From positions 309,497-373,496 of the forward strand of contig CAYGTV010000001.1 of the NCBI GenBank assembly GCA_964353135.1: DNA of 64,000 nucleotides, in the 5' to 3' direction. Of the stretch, positions 1 to 9,128 are shown piece by piece; the first letter of the stretch is position 1; every line of letters begins with the position of its first letter. The position numbers and the translations under genes were made by a program. Source of the DNA: an uncultured Candidatus Saccharibacteria bacterium (lineage in GTDB: Bacteria; Patescibacteriota; Minisyncoccia; Phycocordibacterales; UBA918). The notes under the pieces were generated by a model, which did no database searches, had not been told where the DNA came from, and worked only from the letters and a program-made list of their open reading frames with translations.

Positions 1-2784
1 CGTAGCCATACTTATGTCATATGGACTGCCAGGACTACTCTCAGTGGCACTAAACGGACTGGTTGCAAACCCAAGACTTGACGTCGCTACCCACTGCACA
101 CCTGAACCAGTGGTTTGCATCACCATCCCTGCTGTACCACGTGACGCAGTGTTGTCGTAGATACCACCGGTGAGCGCAAGGTCACCAGCGACTGATAGTC
201 GAGCGTATGGTGAGGTGGTGCCGATGCCGACGTTGCCAAGACCTCCATCTAAACGCATAAGTTCTGCTCCGGCTACATCAAAAGTAATATCATCTTCGGT
301 TTTTATTTCAACATCTACGTTTGAACCAGTGGCTAGATTTTCAATCAGTAGCGTACGATTATTTAAAAAGCCTAAATTAGCATACTGCCCATTAGTGCTT
401 GTTCGCCATCTGATTGCACCCCCATGGGTGTCAGATGTGCCAGCATTATCAGAATCAGATAAGAATATATTTGGGGCAATATCACTTAAGTCGAGCAAGC
501 TGTTTGGAGAGTCTGTACCAATCCCAAACTCTCCAGTTTCGTTAAACCGAGCAACCTCTGTACCTGATGCCGAGAATGCAAGATTGCCGCCAGTTGGTGC
601 ATACATACCAGTATTGTTGTATCCTAAGCCACTCCCCGTCTCATAAAAAGAATAGGTCGGGACAGATTCGCTGCCAGCAGTGTTGTCACGACGGATTGCA
701 AATGCACCATTACTAATCCGGTTCGCAAAATACGTGCTATTAAAATATGTCCACATTCCACCAGCGGTAACTCCGATATCATCCGCTCCTTCCAGCCAGA
801 ATCCTGCATCTCGGTCACTAGCGAACGTGATTCCTGGAGCATCAAATGTACCATCACTCATAACAACTTGTTGAGCGGCGTTATCTACTAAGAGGGTTGC
901 AACACTACTCGTTCCCACTCTAAAGTTACCCCAAACGTCGAGTTTTGCTGATGGTGAAGTGGTGCCGATACCGACGTTGCCACTTGAAAGTGTGGTGCCG
1001 GTGCCGTCAATCCCTGTTCCAAAGATTAGGTTTCCGAGGTTAAGTTGGTTTGAACCAGTGTTTGATGGAGCTTCGATGTCATACCCGATGATGAGGTTGT
1101 TTGCACCGGTGGTAAGACTGTCCGCTGCTCGATATCCTATCAAAATGTTGTTAGTTCCAGTAGTTATGGTGTTTGCAGCTTGATAGCCTAATGCCACTGA
1201 CCTACTTCCACCAGTCGCGCCCACCTGACCGTTTAAAGCATTTGATCCAAGTGCTACGCTGTAGTTTGCTTGTTCAAGATTTAGCCCAGCATAATACCCA
1301 AGGAACGTGTTCGCATCTCCTGTGACGTTTTCTAATCCAGCTCTGAACCCTACATAAGTGTTGAAGCCACCGCTGATATTTGAACCTCCGGCATTATCAC
1401 CTATGAATACTTGTCTTCCACCAGTAGTATTGGCTGAACCTGCTGCTTCTCCTATCATTACAGACCTGTCACCACTTGTATTAGAGAGTCCAGCCAGGTT
1501 TCCAATGAAAATACTGTCATATCCACCCGTGGTACCAACCCCATTTGTGTAACCAGCTCTATAACCGATATAAATACCTGATTCATCAGAGAGTGCTCCG
1601 GCTTGGTTTCCAATTGCAACTGCATTATTTGAAAAAGTACCACTAGCATTTGCAAATGCTTGATATCCTAGTGCTACGACGTTGTCTACGGAAGGCCCAG
1701 CTAAATTGAGAGCTTGATATCCAATTGCAACGTTATTATTACTTGTGTTGGTCAGGTTTAATCCAGCTCCTTCACCTATAGCAATACTGTCATTGGTTGT
1801 CGAAGCATAAAACATTCGCACCCCCTGGAGTGCTAGTCCTGTGTTAGACCCAGCTAGATTCAAATCAGTCCCATCAAACGTCAAATCAGCACTGTCAGTC
1901 ACTGCATCACCCGTTCCATTGGTGAAAAACAGTCGGTTGGCGTTAAATGACCCGGGAGTATCGGTGAGAGAGAGGAAGTCAGTGGCACCAGTGTCGATAA
2001 ACCCAAGCGAACTTGTCGCCACGTTCACCCACTCCCCACCCACAAACGAAAACAAATCACCTTCGTTTGGACTCGTGAGGTTTGTGTCAGTCAGTCCAGC
2101 CAGGGTGAGGTTCAAAGATGATGATGATACTGACAGTGCATTGCCGGTGATGGTGAGTCCGACGCCGGTCAGGCTCGAGATAAAGTCAGAGCCAACCACT
2201 AGGTTAGTGGTGGTAGCAGTGCCGGTGACGATCAGGTCAGAGGTCTGTGCGCCGGCGGTGAGGGTGAGAAAGGCGTCCATTGAGTCTGGGACGTCAGAGC
2301 GTAGGAATGAGGTTGAAGCCACTCCACCGAGGGTTTGAGCGTTGTTGGCTTCTTCGGCTTGGAAGGCTGCTGGGACGGTGCCTAGTGGTTTTCTAGGGAG
2401 CATTTCCCCATCCCAGGTTGGTGTACCAGTGCCACCGATCTCGACCCCAAGATATAGGGGTTGATTGAAATCAACGCTGGTCAGGGGTGAGGTTGATCCG
2501 AGCATCACTGAGAAAAGACCGTTTACCACTGATACTTGGTTAGCTCCGGTGAGGGACTCAGTCCAGATGGCGCTCGTGGTTGCTTGAGCAGTGTTCTGGA
2601 ATAACCAGAAGCGAACGTTATAGTCACCATCGACGACTGCTGCTCCGGTGTTGTCTGAGAGTTTTCCTTGGTAGTTGACGGTGGGGGTTGGTTGGGCGTG
2701 GGTGGTAGCTGCGAACGAAAATAGTATGAAAACAAAGGCTAGAATAAGAATGAGAGACATCAAATATACCCTGCCAGGGTTCAT
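1..2784 (-). CDS. Secreted tail-fibre/trimeric adhesin-like surface protein, 3'-truncated by the window edge
   Basis: Absent from the ORF track, presumably because it has no stop inside the window. Hand translation of sampled segments in one frame from ATG 2784 gives a signal peptide (MNPGRVYLMSLILILAFVFILFSFAATTHA), then NYQGKLSD...GLFSVMLG...YLGVEIG...WDGEMLPR...VPAA, then N-x-A-x-G-Y-Q-A beta-roll-like repeats and GNVGIGTTSP repeats. The frame is still open at base 1. Alternative start at 2760. Confidence 0.85.
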   Translation of the reverse strand, partial: MNPGRVYLMSLILILAFVFILFSFAATTHAQPTPTVNYQGKLSDNTGAAVVDGDYNVRFWLFQNTAQATTSAIWTESLTGANQVSVVNGLFSVMLGSTSPLTSVDFNQPLYLGVEIGGTGTPTWDGEMLPRKPLGTVPAAFQAEEANNAQTLGGVASTSFLRSDVPDSMDAFLTLTAGAQTSDLIVTGTATTTNLVVGSDFISSLTGVGLTITGNALSVSSSSLNLTLAGLTDTNLTSPNEGDLFSFVGGEWVNVATSSLGFIDTGATDFLSLTDTPGSFNANRLFFTNGTGDAVTDSADLTFDGTDLNLAGSNTGLALQGVRMFYASTTNDSIAIGEGAGLNLTNTSNNNVAIGYQALNLAGPSVDNVVALGYQAFANASGTFSNNAVAIGNQAGALSDESGIYIGYRAGYTNGVGTTGGYDSIFIGNLAGLSNTSGDRSVMIGEAAGSANTTGGRQVFIGDNAGGSNISGGFNTYVGFRAGLENVTGDANTFLGYYAGLNLEQANYSVALGSNALNGQVGATGGSRSVALGYQAANTITTGTNNILIGYRAADSLTTGANNLIIGYDIEAPSNTGSNQLNLGNLIFGTGIDGTGTTLSSGNVGIGTTSPSAKLDVWGNFRVGTSSVATLLVDNAAQQVVMSDGTFDAPGITFASDRDAGFWLEGADDIGVTAGGMWTYFNSTYFANRISNGAFAIRRDNTAGSESVPTYSFYETGSGLGYNNTGMYAPTGGNLAFSASGTEVARFNETGEFGIGTDSPNSLLDLSDIAPNIFLSDSDNAGTSDTHGGAIRWRTSTNGQYANLGFLNNRTLLIENLATGSNVDVEIKTEDDITFDVAGAELMRLDGGLGNVGIGTTSPYARLSVAGDLALTGGIYDNTASRGTAGMVMQTTGSGVQWVATSSLGFATSPFSATESSPGSPYDISMAT
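207..982. repeat. 32-bp direct repeat pair (207-238, 951-982) encoding GNVGIGTTSP
   Basis: atggtgaggtggtgccgatgccgacgttgcca vs atggtgaagtggtgccgataccgacgttgcca, 2 mismatches. Confidence 0.85.
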
Positions 2785-2889
2785 CAAAAAAAACAGCAAA
2801 TTATCGAAAGTTTGCTTAAACAATGGTACGTTTATTACCTCGTATTTCGTCTCTTCCACAACCGCGAGAATGTCTCTTGGTGTAATTGT

Positions 2890-2920
2890 ATTATACAGGT
2901 TTTATAAGGCTATTTTTCAA
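2890..2920 (-). promoter_or_regulatory. Putative sigma70 promoter of the fibre gene
   Basis: Minus strand TTGAAA-19 nt-TATAAT; the spacer is longer than consensus. Confidence 0.4.
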
Positions 2921-2960
2921 TAGTTATGCCCGTTTTTTTGTTGAAAAGCTACTGAGATCA

Positions 2961-5456
2961 CTAAATCCTCGTGCCTCCCCGCAACCGCACTCCACCGTTG
3001 AGACGATACGTTGGGAATGGTGGCTCAAATGAAATATTGGTGTTATTACCACCATCGACACAGTCAAACTCATAACAATTGATTGCCAGGGTATTGACGT
3101 TATTACCATCAGATACAGATATAAAATCAATCGTGCGGCTACCCTGGGGGTCAATCAACCACTGACTACTGCCAGTAGACGACTCGAGCGTGAGTCGGTT
3201 GCCGGCGTCGAGGCCAGTCAGGGTCAAGTTACCGCCGACCGTCTGTGTGTCGCCCGCTGCAAACGTGAGAGTCGAGGCAGCTGACGCTGTTTTTGCTAGG
3301 TTATAAAACGTATTGTCACCAGTGATAGTGTTGGCAGTACCAGAAAACGTAGTAGTCCCAGCGGTCTGATTAAAAACGGCACCAGTATTAGTAAAGTTTC
3401 GGGCTACAGCAATGTCAGCTGTCAGGTTATAGGTACCAGCACTAAAGGCGAGGTTGCTGTAGTTGTATGCACCGATAGTGGTATAGGAGCTAGGTCCGTA
3501 GTATTCAACGGTGGAGCCGACTTCGAGGGTTGGAGTGGTCAGAGTCTGTTCAGGATACACCGCCAACACACCGCCATCTTGCACGGTCACAAAGAACCCA
3601 ACTAACGGATTGCCGTCAGTCCGGAGGGTGCCAAATATTCTGATTTGTCCCAGGTTTCCAGTGGTGTCAGCGGTGAAAATAGTGGCGCCTGCTGCTAGGT
3701 TAAATCGACCATTGGCCCCGCTTTTATCTATATCGACGATGCCTGGAAACACTCCGCTGTAGGTAAAGGTTGTCAGATCATCAAAGGCACCACCATCAAA
3801 CACAAAGGTAATCCCGGTCTCGTCGAACGTTCCGCCGTTGTCGGTGTAGTTACCACCGGCAAATATCGTGGTGCCGTCAAAGTAAAACTCACCACCAGAG
3901 TTAAGTGTGAAGTCGCGACTTAAATCAATAGTGGTGCTCGCGTAGAGAGCGCCAGAAATGGTGAGTGCAAGAGCATCAAGGACGTTGTTGCCGACGTGCA
4001 TGGTGGTGCCAGCGTTGATGACCACAGAACCTTGATTGGTAGACATGTCAGCCATGGTACTAATGGTGCCAGCAGCTAGTGTAAACCGGCCGTTGGTTCC
4101 ACTTTTGTCGATATCAACTATACCTGGAAACACACCGTTGGTGTAGGTAAACGTTGTAAAGTCATCAAACGTACTACCATCAAATACAAAGGTAATCCCG
4201 GTTTCATCAAATGTCGCACCGGTATCGGTGTAGTTAGCACCAGTAAAGATGGTATTGCCGTCATAATAGACCTCTCCGGTTGGGTTCAAAGTAAGGTTAC
4301 GTCGTACGTCGATAGTTGAGCTGGCGTAGAGGGTGCCAGAAACATTAAAATCAAGCGCGTTAAGTGCATTATCAGCGACGTGCATGGTGGCACCAGCGTT
4401 GATGGTAATTGGACCTTGACTGGTCGACAGATCAACTATGCTAATGGTACCAGCGGCTAAGGTAAATGAAGAATTCACGTCAGTTTTCTCAATATCAACC
4501 GACCCCGGAAACACACCCGTAAAGGTAAAAATGGTGTCAGCGTCTGAATCAGCACCATCAAACACAAAGGTAATCCCGGTCTCGTCGAACGTTCCGCCGT
4601 TGTCGGTGTAGTTACCACCGGCAAATATCGTGGTGCCGTCAAAGTAAAACTCACCACCAGAGTTAAGGATGAAGCTGCGCCGTAAATCAATAGTGGTGCT
4701 CGCGTAGAGAGCGCCAGAAATAGTAAGATCAAGCCCATCAAGGACGTTATTGGCGACGTGCATGGTGGTGCCCGAGTTGATAGTTATACGACCCTGATTG
4801 GTGGAGAGGTCAGTTACGTTGTTTAGTATAGCAGTACCAGCCAACGTGAAGAGAGCATTGGCGTTTAATTTTGTGATACCCACCGTGCCGGGGAAGGCAC
4901 CGGTGTAGGTAAACGTTGTATCGTCAATCGCATCACCAAAAAATTCCCATACGCGAGTAGATGAACTAGTCAGACTAGCACTAGCCCCGATGTTGAAATT
5001 GCGCTCTATCCGGTTGTTTGACCCGGCAGCAGCAGTAAAAGAGCCGGCTGTCATCACAAAGGACGCGTCATTAATTTGAAAATTGGTGGTACCTTGAGAA
5101 TACGTCCCATCACCTTGGACAAACCCGGCAGTTCCAATTGTGATATCGCGCTGCTGAGTAATAGTGCCGGTGTAGCCAGAATCAATCTGGATCCCTTGCA
5201 CACTGCCGGCAAACAGTGAGTCGATAAAAGCATCATCGGTGGTGGCACTCGTAAACCGCGCAACATCCCCCGCTCCCGGGCAGATGTCAGACGACCAGTT
5301 GGTGCAGGTGCTCCAGAGGTTATCTGCCCCGCCATTGTCCCAGGTATAGACAGCGGCAGACGTCATTTGAGCGTAGATAATACCGAACAGCACAAAAGCT
5401 AACGCTAAAGAAACCAACCAACGTTTTCTGTTCGACTGTGATTGCAAAATACTCAT
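2961..5456 (-). CDS. Secreted beta-helix/repeat surface protein (831 aa) with ~127-aa tandem repeats
   Basis: Signal peptide. N-terminal TWDNGGADNLWSTCTNWS passenger-like motif. Three ~127-aa repeats (YASTTIDL...FDETGITFVFDG...FPGxVDIxK). Basic C-terminus YRLNGGVRLRGGTRI. Confidence 0.85.
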   Translation of the reverse strand: MSILQSQSNRKRWLVSLALAFVLFGIIYAQMTSAAVYTWDNGGADNLWSTCTNWSSDICPGAGDVARFTSATTDDAFIDSLFAGSVQGIQIDSGYTGTITQQRDITIGTAGFVQGDGTYSQGTTNFQINDASFVMTAGSFTAAAGSNNRIERNFNIGASASLTSSSTRVWEFFGDAIDDTTFTYTGAFPGTVGITKLNANALFTLAGTAILNNVTDLSTNQGRITINSGTTMHVANNVLDGLDLTISGALYASTTIDLRRSFILNSGGEFYFDGTTIFAGGNYTDNGGTFDETGITFVFDGADSDADTIFTFTGVFPGSVDIEKTDVNSSFTLAAGTISIVDLSTSQGPITINAGATMHVADNALNALDFNVSGTLYASSTIDVRRNLTLNPTGEVYYDGNTIFTGANYTDTGATFDETGITFVFDGSTFDDFTTFTYTNGVFPGIVDIDKSGTNGRFTLAAGTISTMADMSTNQGSVVINAGTTMHVGNNVLDALALTISGALYASTTIDLSRDFTLNSGGEFYFDGTTIFAGGNYTDNGGTFDETGITFVFDGGAFDDLTTFTYSGVFPGIVDIDKSGANGRFNLAAGATIFTADTTGNLGQIRIFGTLRTDGNPLVGFFVTVQDGGVLAVYPEQTLTTPTLEVGSTVEYYGPSSYTTIGAYNYSNLAFSAGTYNLTADIAVARNFTNTGAVFNQTAGTTTFSGTANTITGDNTFYNLAKTASAASTLTFAAGDTQTVGGNLTLTGLDAGNRLTLESSTGSSQWLIDPQGSRTIDFISVSDGNNVNTLAINCYEFDCVDGGNNTNISFEPPFPTYRLNGGVRLRGGTRI
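3791..4721. repeat. Exact intragenic direct repeats: 115 bp (3791-3905 = 4553-4667) and 39 bp (3921-3959 = 4683-4721)
   Basis: Direct base-by-base comparison; the offset of 762 bp equals two protein repeat units. Confidence 0.9.
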
Positions 5457-5491
5457 AACCGCAAGAAATTGATACCAATTTGTGCTCGCAT

Positions 5492-5500
5492 ATTATAGCA
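5492..5500 (-). promoter_or_regulatory. Extended -10 promoter (TGcTATAAT)
   Basis: Perfect TGn-TATAAT 35 nt upstream of the 5456 start. Confidence 0.6.
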
Positions 5501-5528
5501 ATTTAAATTACCTACTTTTTTGCTGTAC

Positions 5529-6737
5529 CTAACTCAGCAAGATTTCTTCTCGTAAACGTTTGGTAAAATTCACGATGTAATACAGGTTATGTAGTGATGC
5601 TAGATGAGGACCAAGCATTTCTCCGGCGCGGAATAAGTGTGCTAGGTAGGCTTTAGTATAATTTTGACACACATAACAATCACATGACTCATCTGGTTTG
5701 CTGAAATCACGAGTGTACTTGGCGTTTTTGAGGTTGATGCGTTGGTGGCCGCTCTGGGTGCGCTCGTAGATCGTTCCAGTTCGGGCAATTCGGGTCGGCG
5801 CGACACAATCAAATGTGTCACAACCATGAGCGACGCCAGCCACGATGTCAGCCGGCTCACCGATCCCCAGCAAGTGTCGTGGTTTATCTTCCGGGAGGAT
5901 TTCGTTTACTACGCGCAGACTATCGCCCAAGTCTTCTTTAGTGAAACTACCACCAATTCCAAACCCGTCAAAATCCATATTTGACAGCGTGCGGGCACTT
6001 TCCTGTCGTAGGTCGAGGTGACGACCACCTTGCACCACACCATAAATTCCCTGTTTTTTTAACGCTTCGTAGTTTTGTTTATGCGCTAGAATACTTCGTT
6101 TGGCCCACCGGTGGGTGCGCTCCATCGCTTCGCGCTGGTAGGCTTTATCTGCGGTTGGGCTCGTGCACTCATCAAACGCGATGATGATGTCGGCTCCAAT
6201 GTTTTGCTGAATCTCAATAGATCGCTCGGCTGTAAAGCGGTGCATGCTGCCGTCAATATGAGACGTAAAGGTAACACCCTCCTCGTCGATCACACAAAGT
6301 TTGCCGTGCTCACTGGCTAGTTCTTTACTATAGACATTGAGACCGCTATTCTCTGCAGCCTTTTCCGCCTCTTCAGCATTTTGAGCAAATTTGGTCACCC
6401 CTTTTCCAAACGCAGCACCTAGTGAGAACACTTGAAACCCGCCACTGTCAGTGATTGTTGGCATGTCCCAGTTAGAGAACTTATGTAGTCCACCAGCTTC
6501 TTTTACTACGTCGTCTCCTGGTTGTAGAAACAGGTGATAGGTATTTGCTAGCGCTACTTGGTTCCCGACGTAGTCTCGCATGTCTTCTGGTTTGATACTC
6601 TTTACTGTGCCTTTAGTGCCCACCACTACAAACGCTGGTGTTTCAATATCACCATGCGGGGTATGTATAACACCAGCCCGACCTAGTGTGCCGGGCTGTC
6701 GTTTAACAATAGAGAATGTTACGGGCTTGTCTGACAT
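5529..6737 (-). CDS. tgt: Queuine tRNA-ribosyltransferase (tRNA-guanine transglycosylase)
   Basis: TPHG.IETPAF, ANTYHL, TDSGGFQVFSL, FDEC, QGG, DTFDCVAPTR, zinc site CDCYVC...H. Confidence 0.97.
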   Translation of the reverse strand: MSDKPVTFSIVKRQPGTLGRAGVIHTPHGDIETPAFVVVGTKGTVKSIKPEDMRDYVGNQVALANTYHLFLQPGDDVVKEAGGLHKFSNWDMPTITDSGGFQVFSLGAAFGKGVTKFAQNAEEAEKAAENSGLNVYSKELASEHGKLCVIDEEGVTFTSHIDGSMHRFTAERSIEIQQNIGADIIIAFDECTSPTADKAYQREAMERTHRWAKRSILAHKQNYEALKKQGIYGVVQGGRHLDLRQESARTLSNMDFDGFGIGGSFTKEDLGDSLRVVNEILPEDKPRHLLGIGEPADIVAGVAHGCDTFDCVAPTRIARTGTIYERTQSGHQRINLKNAKYTRDFSKPDESCDCYVCQNYTKAYLAHLFRAGEMLGPHLASLHNLYYIVNFTKRLREEILLS

Positions 6738-6739
6738 TA

Positions 6740-7279
6740 CTAGTTGATTGCAACGAGTTCTATCGAGAAGATGAGTGTAGCACCGCCTGGAATCGGGCCG
6801 ATACCCTGATCACCATACGCCATCTCTGGTGGAATAACTAAAATTCGCTCTCCACCAACCTTCATACCAACCAGGCCTTCTTCCCAACCTTTAATAACTT
6901 GGCCGCCACCAACTTTAAATTCAAACGGCTCACCTCGCTTTTTAGAGTTATCAAATTCTGTACCGTCCTGCAGCCGACCAGCGTAATGAACACTTACTAC
7001 GTCGCCGTCTTGCACTGCAGCTCCTTCCCCTACTTTAATATCATCAATTACCATACGATTTAAATTACCTCGATTATCAGTCGCTTCTAGCAAAGCTGAT
7101 GTTTGAGCAGATCGCTCATCGCCTGCATCGGACACCACTACCGCACCAGACTCTATAACTGTTGCCGGCTGACCATCTGTTGCCGCATCAAAAGTTGTTT
7201 GAGCTTGTACAAGATAAATCGCACTTGCCATAAGCGCAACACATACCCCAGCTCCAATTAGTTCGAATTTACTAAACAT
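6740..7279 (-). CDS. FKBP-type peptidyl-prolyl cis-trans isomerase with N-terminal membrane anchor
   Basis: [45 protein letters not shown]. Confidence 0.95.
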   Translation of the reverse strand: MFSKFELIGAGVCVALMASAIYLVQAQTTFDAATDGQPATVIESGAVVVSDAGDERSAQTSALLEATDNRGNLNRMVIDDIKVGEGAAVQDGDVVSVHYAGRLQDGTEFDNSKKRGEPFEFKVGGGQVIKGWEEGLVGMKVGGERILVIPPEMAYGDQGIGPIPGGATLIFSIELVAIN

Positions 7280-7330
7280 AGATTAAAATTATCTGTTCAT
7301 GATAGTCATAAATGGTCGATGATGCAAGGT

Positions 7331-7741
7331 TTACTGGTACACGCTTGGATGAAAGATCCCTACACTGTTCATATGCATAAACAACAAAATTCCGATCAGT
7401 GCAAACACGAGTGAGAACAACCAGATGATTACAATCGTTGCTAACCCAATCCTTTGTTTCTCTGCTGACTCAGGAATAAACTGGTTAAGGTCGACATCAA
7501 TCCCTAGCAACTGTGAAATTTCTTTTGGTTGTAGCGAATCGTTGGTGCGAAAGACTTTATGGAGACCCTCAACTCGAATCTGTTTAGTTTCAGCATCTTC
7601 TCGCAGAATCATGAGCGCTGTATCAATCTCGTCTTTATCATACCTAGCACTTAGCAAAACAGAACGGATCATCTCATCAGGCTCAGCCGGTGACATGCCG
7701 TTTATTTTAAGGATTTTTTCGATGTGGTTACGATCTATCAT
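7331..7741 (-). CDS. Hypothetical protein with C-terminal TM helix
   Basis: 136-aa ORF overlapping the upstream gene end; hydrophobic C-terminus. Confidence 0.7.
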   Translation of the reverse strand: MIDRNHIEKILKINGMSPAEPDEMIRSVLLSARYDKDEIDTALMILREDAETKQIRVEGLHKVFRTNDSLQPKEISQLLGIDVDLNQFIPESAEKQRIGLATIVIIWLFSLVFALIGILLFMHMNSVGIFHPSVYQ

Positions 7742-8792
7742 TTGAATCTTCCATATCAGAAATTCTTTGTTCCTGAACTATGTAATGATTATATATCTCG
7801 AGTAACACCAAAAATAGAGTTACTACCACCGGCCCAATCAAAAAGCCGATTGGGCCAAACAATGCTAGTCCACCAAGTACTGAAATCAAGATTATGAATG
7901 GGTGCATATTATTACCCCTGCTCATAAGTTGCGGTCCGATGAAATTATCAACGAGACCGACAGCTAATACGGACCAGATTAGCAGACCTATCGCGGGAAT
8001 AACATTGCCGGTTAAAAAGAGTACAATGACCACCGGAAACATAACTACTCCAGTTCCAAGACCAGGGATCATGGCAGCTATTGCCACAATTCCCCCGATC
8101 AGAACAGCTCGGTCAACTCCTGCGACCGTCATACCAATTGTTGCGAGAACTGCTTGGATTATTGCCACCAGAAGCGTACCTGTAGCAACCGCACGCACCG
8201 CTCTAGCTAGGCGATCGAGGATTTCCTGATCTTCTTCGTCTGGTAGCGGACTAGCCTTAACTACGAGCTTTATCAGCTCTTTACCATCGCGGAAAAAGTA
8301 AAACGAAGCAATTAAAGCAATAAAAAATAGAAAAAACGTTGTAACCGTGCCCGTAAATATCGAGGCAAGATTCCCGGTGAACCATTCAGCACTCAGCTTG
8401 ATCTGATCCTCAACATTAATCTCAAAGCCAGGCACTACACGTTGCACTTGTGACTCAATGCTGTTTGTTACTGTGGTTATTGACAGACCTTCGGGTGAAT
8501 CCATATCCTGATAGAAATCGACAATTTCATTTACAACCAGAGTAGTCATCAAGACAATTGGTAAAATCCCGACCACAAACACAATCGCGGTCGAAAAGAA
8601 CGCCGCCAGAGATGGACTCTGCCTGGGCATGTACGGCACAATTGCTTTATATAGCGGACTAGAGATAGTCACTATCACAGCAGCTAGTGCCAAAGCACTC
8701 AAAAATGGCGACATAATCTGCCACACCATGTAACCTGATAATAAAAGCAGTCCAAAAAAGAAAACGTACTCAACTACTCGACTTAATGACAT
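7728..8792 (-). CDS. AI-2E family transporter (PerM/YhhT-like)
   Basis: Multi-TM; FYFFRDG, VDNFIGP, HPFIILISVLGGLALFGPIGFLIGP. Start moved to ATG 8792 (MSLSRVVEY). Confidence 0.9.
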   Translation of the reverse strand: MSLSRVVEYVFFFGLLLLSGYMVWQIMSPFLSALALAAVIVTISSPLYKAIVPYMPRQSPSLAAFFSTAIVFVVGILPIVLMTTLVVNEIVDFYQDMDSPEGLSITTVTNSIESQVQRVVPGFEINVEDQIKLSAEWFTGNLASIFTGTVTTFFLFFIALIASFYFFRDGKELIKLVVKASPLPDEEDQEILDRLARAVRAVATGTLLVAIIQAVLATIGMTVAGVDRAVLIGGIVAIAAMIPGLGTGVVMFPVVIVLFLTGNVIPAIGLLIWSVLAVGLVDNFIGPQLMSRGNNMHPFIILISVLGGLALFGPIGFLIGPVVVTLFLVLLEIYNHYIVQEQRISDMEDSNDRS

Positions 8793-8811
8793 ATAGTAAT
8801 AGTATACACAA

Positions 8812-8833
8812 AGGCCGCGCAAATGCGTGGCCT
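8812..8833 (-). terminator. Hairpin after the small ORF
   Basis: Minus strand aggccacgca-tt-tgcgcggcct followed by ttgtg. Confidence 0.55.
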
Positions 8834-8842
8834 AGTTTCGGA

Positions 8843-9007
8843 TTAGATGTTTTGCAATTGGATTTGGGATGTGATGGCGGCTGCTTCGATCGTTTTAAAC
8901 GATTGTGCTGCGGCGCTATCTAGTGCTTGAAATGAACTCGTAAAGAATTGCGACAAGCCCCAAAGAACAATTAAAAAACCAATACCTGATCTGATTCCTT
9001 TACGCAT
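8843..9007 (-). CDS. Small 54-aa membrane protein
   Basis: Hand-translated, shorter than anything in the ORF track: MRKGIRSGIGFLIVLWGLSQFFTSSFQALDSAAAQSFKTIEAAAITSQIQLQNI*. Fills the gap, is co-oriented and is followed by a hairpin. Confidence 0.65.
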   Translation of the reverse strand: MRKGIRSGIGFLIVLWGLSQFFTSSFQALDSAAAQSFKTIEAAAITSQIQLQNI

Positions 9008-9128
9008 AAATTATTACGTTAATGTCCCGGCTGCTTTTCTTATAAAGAAAAGCCATAAAAAAGCACGGAACGTAGGAATCAGACGAATGTTCGTCTGTAT
9101 ATACAGTAACACAAATTTATTAAACTGT

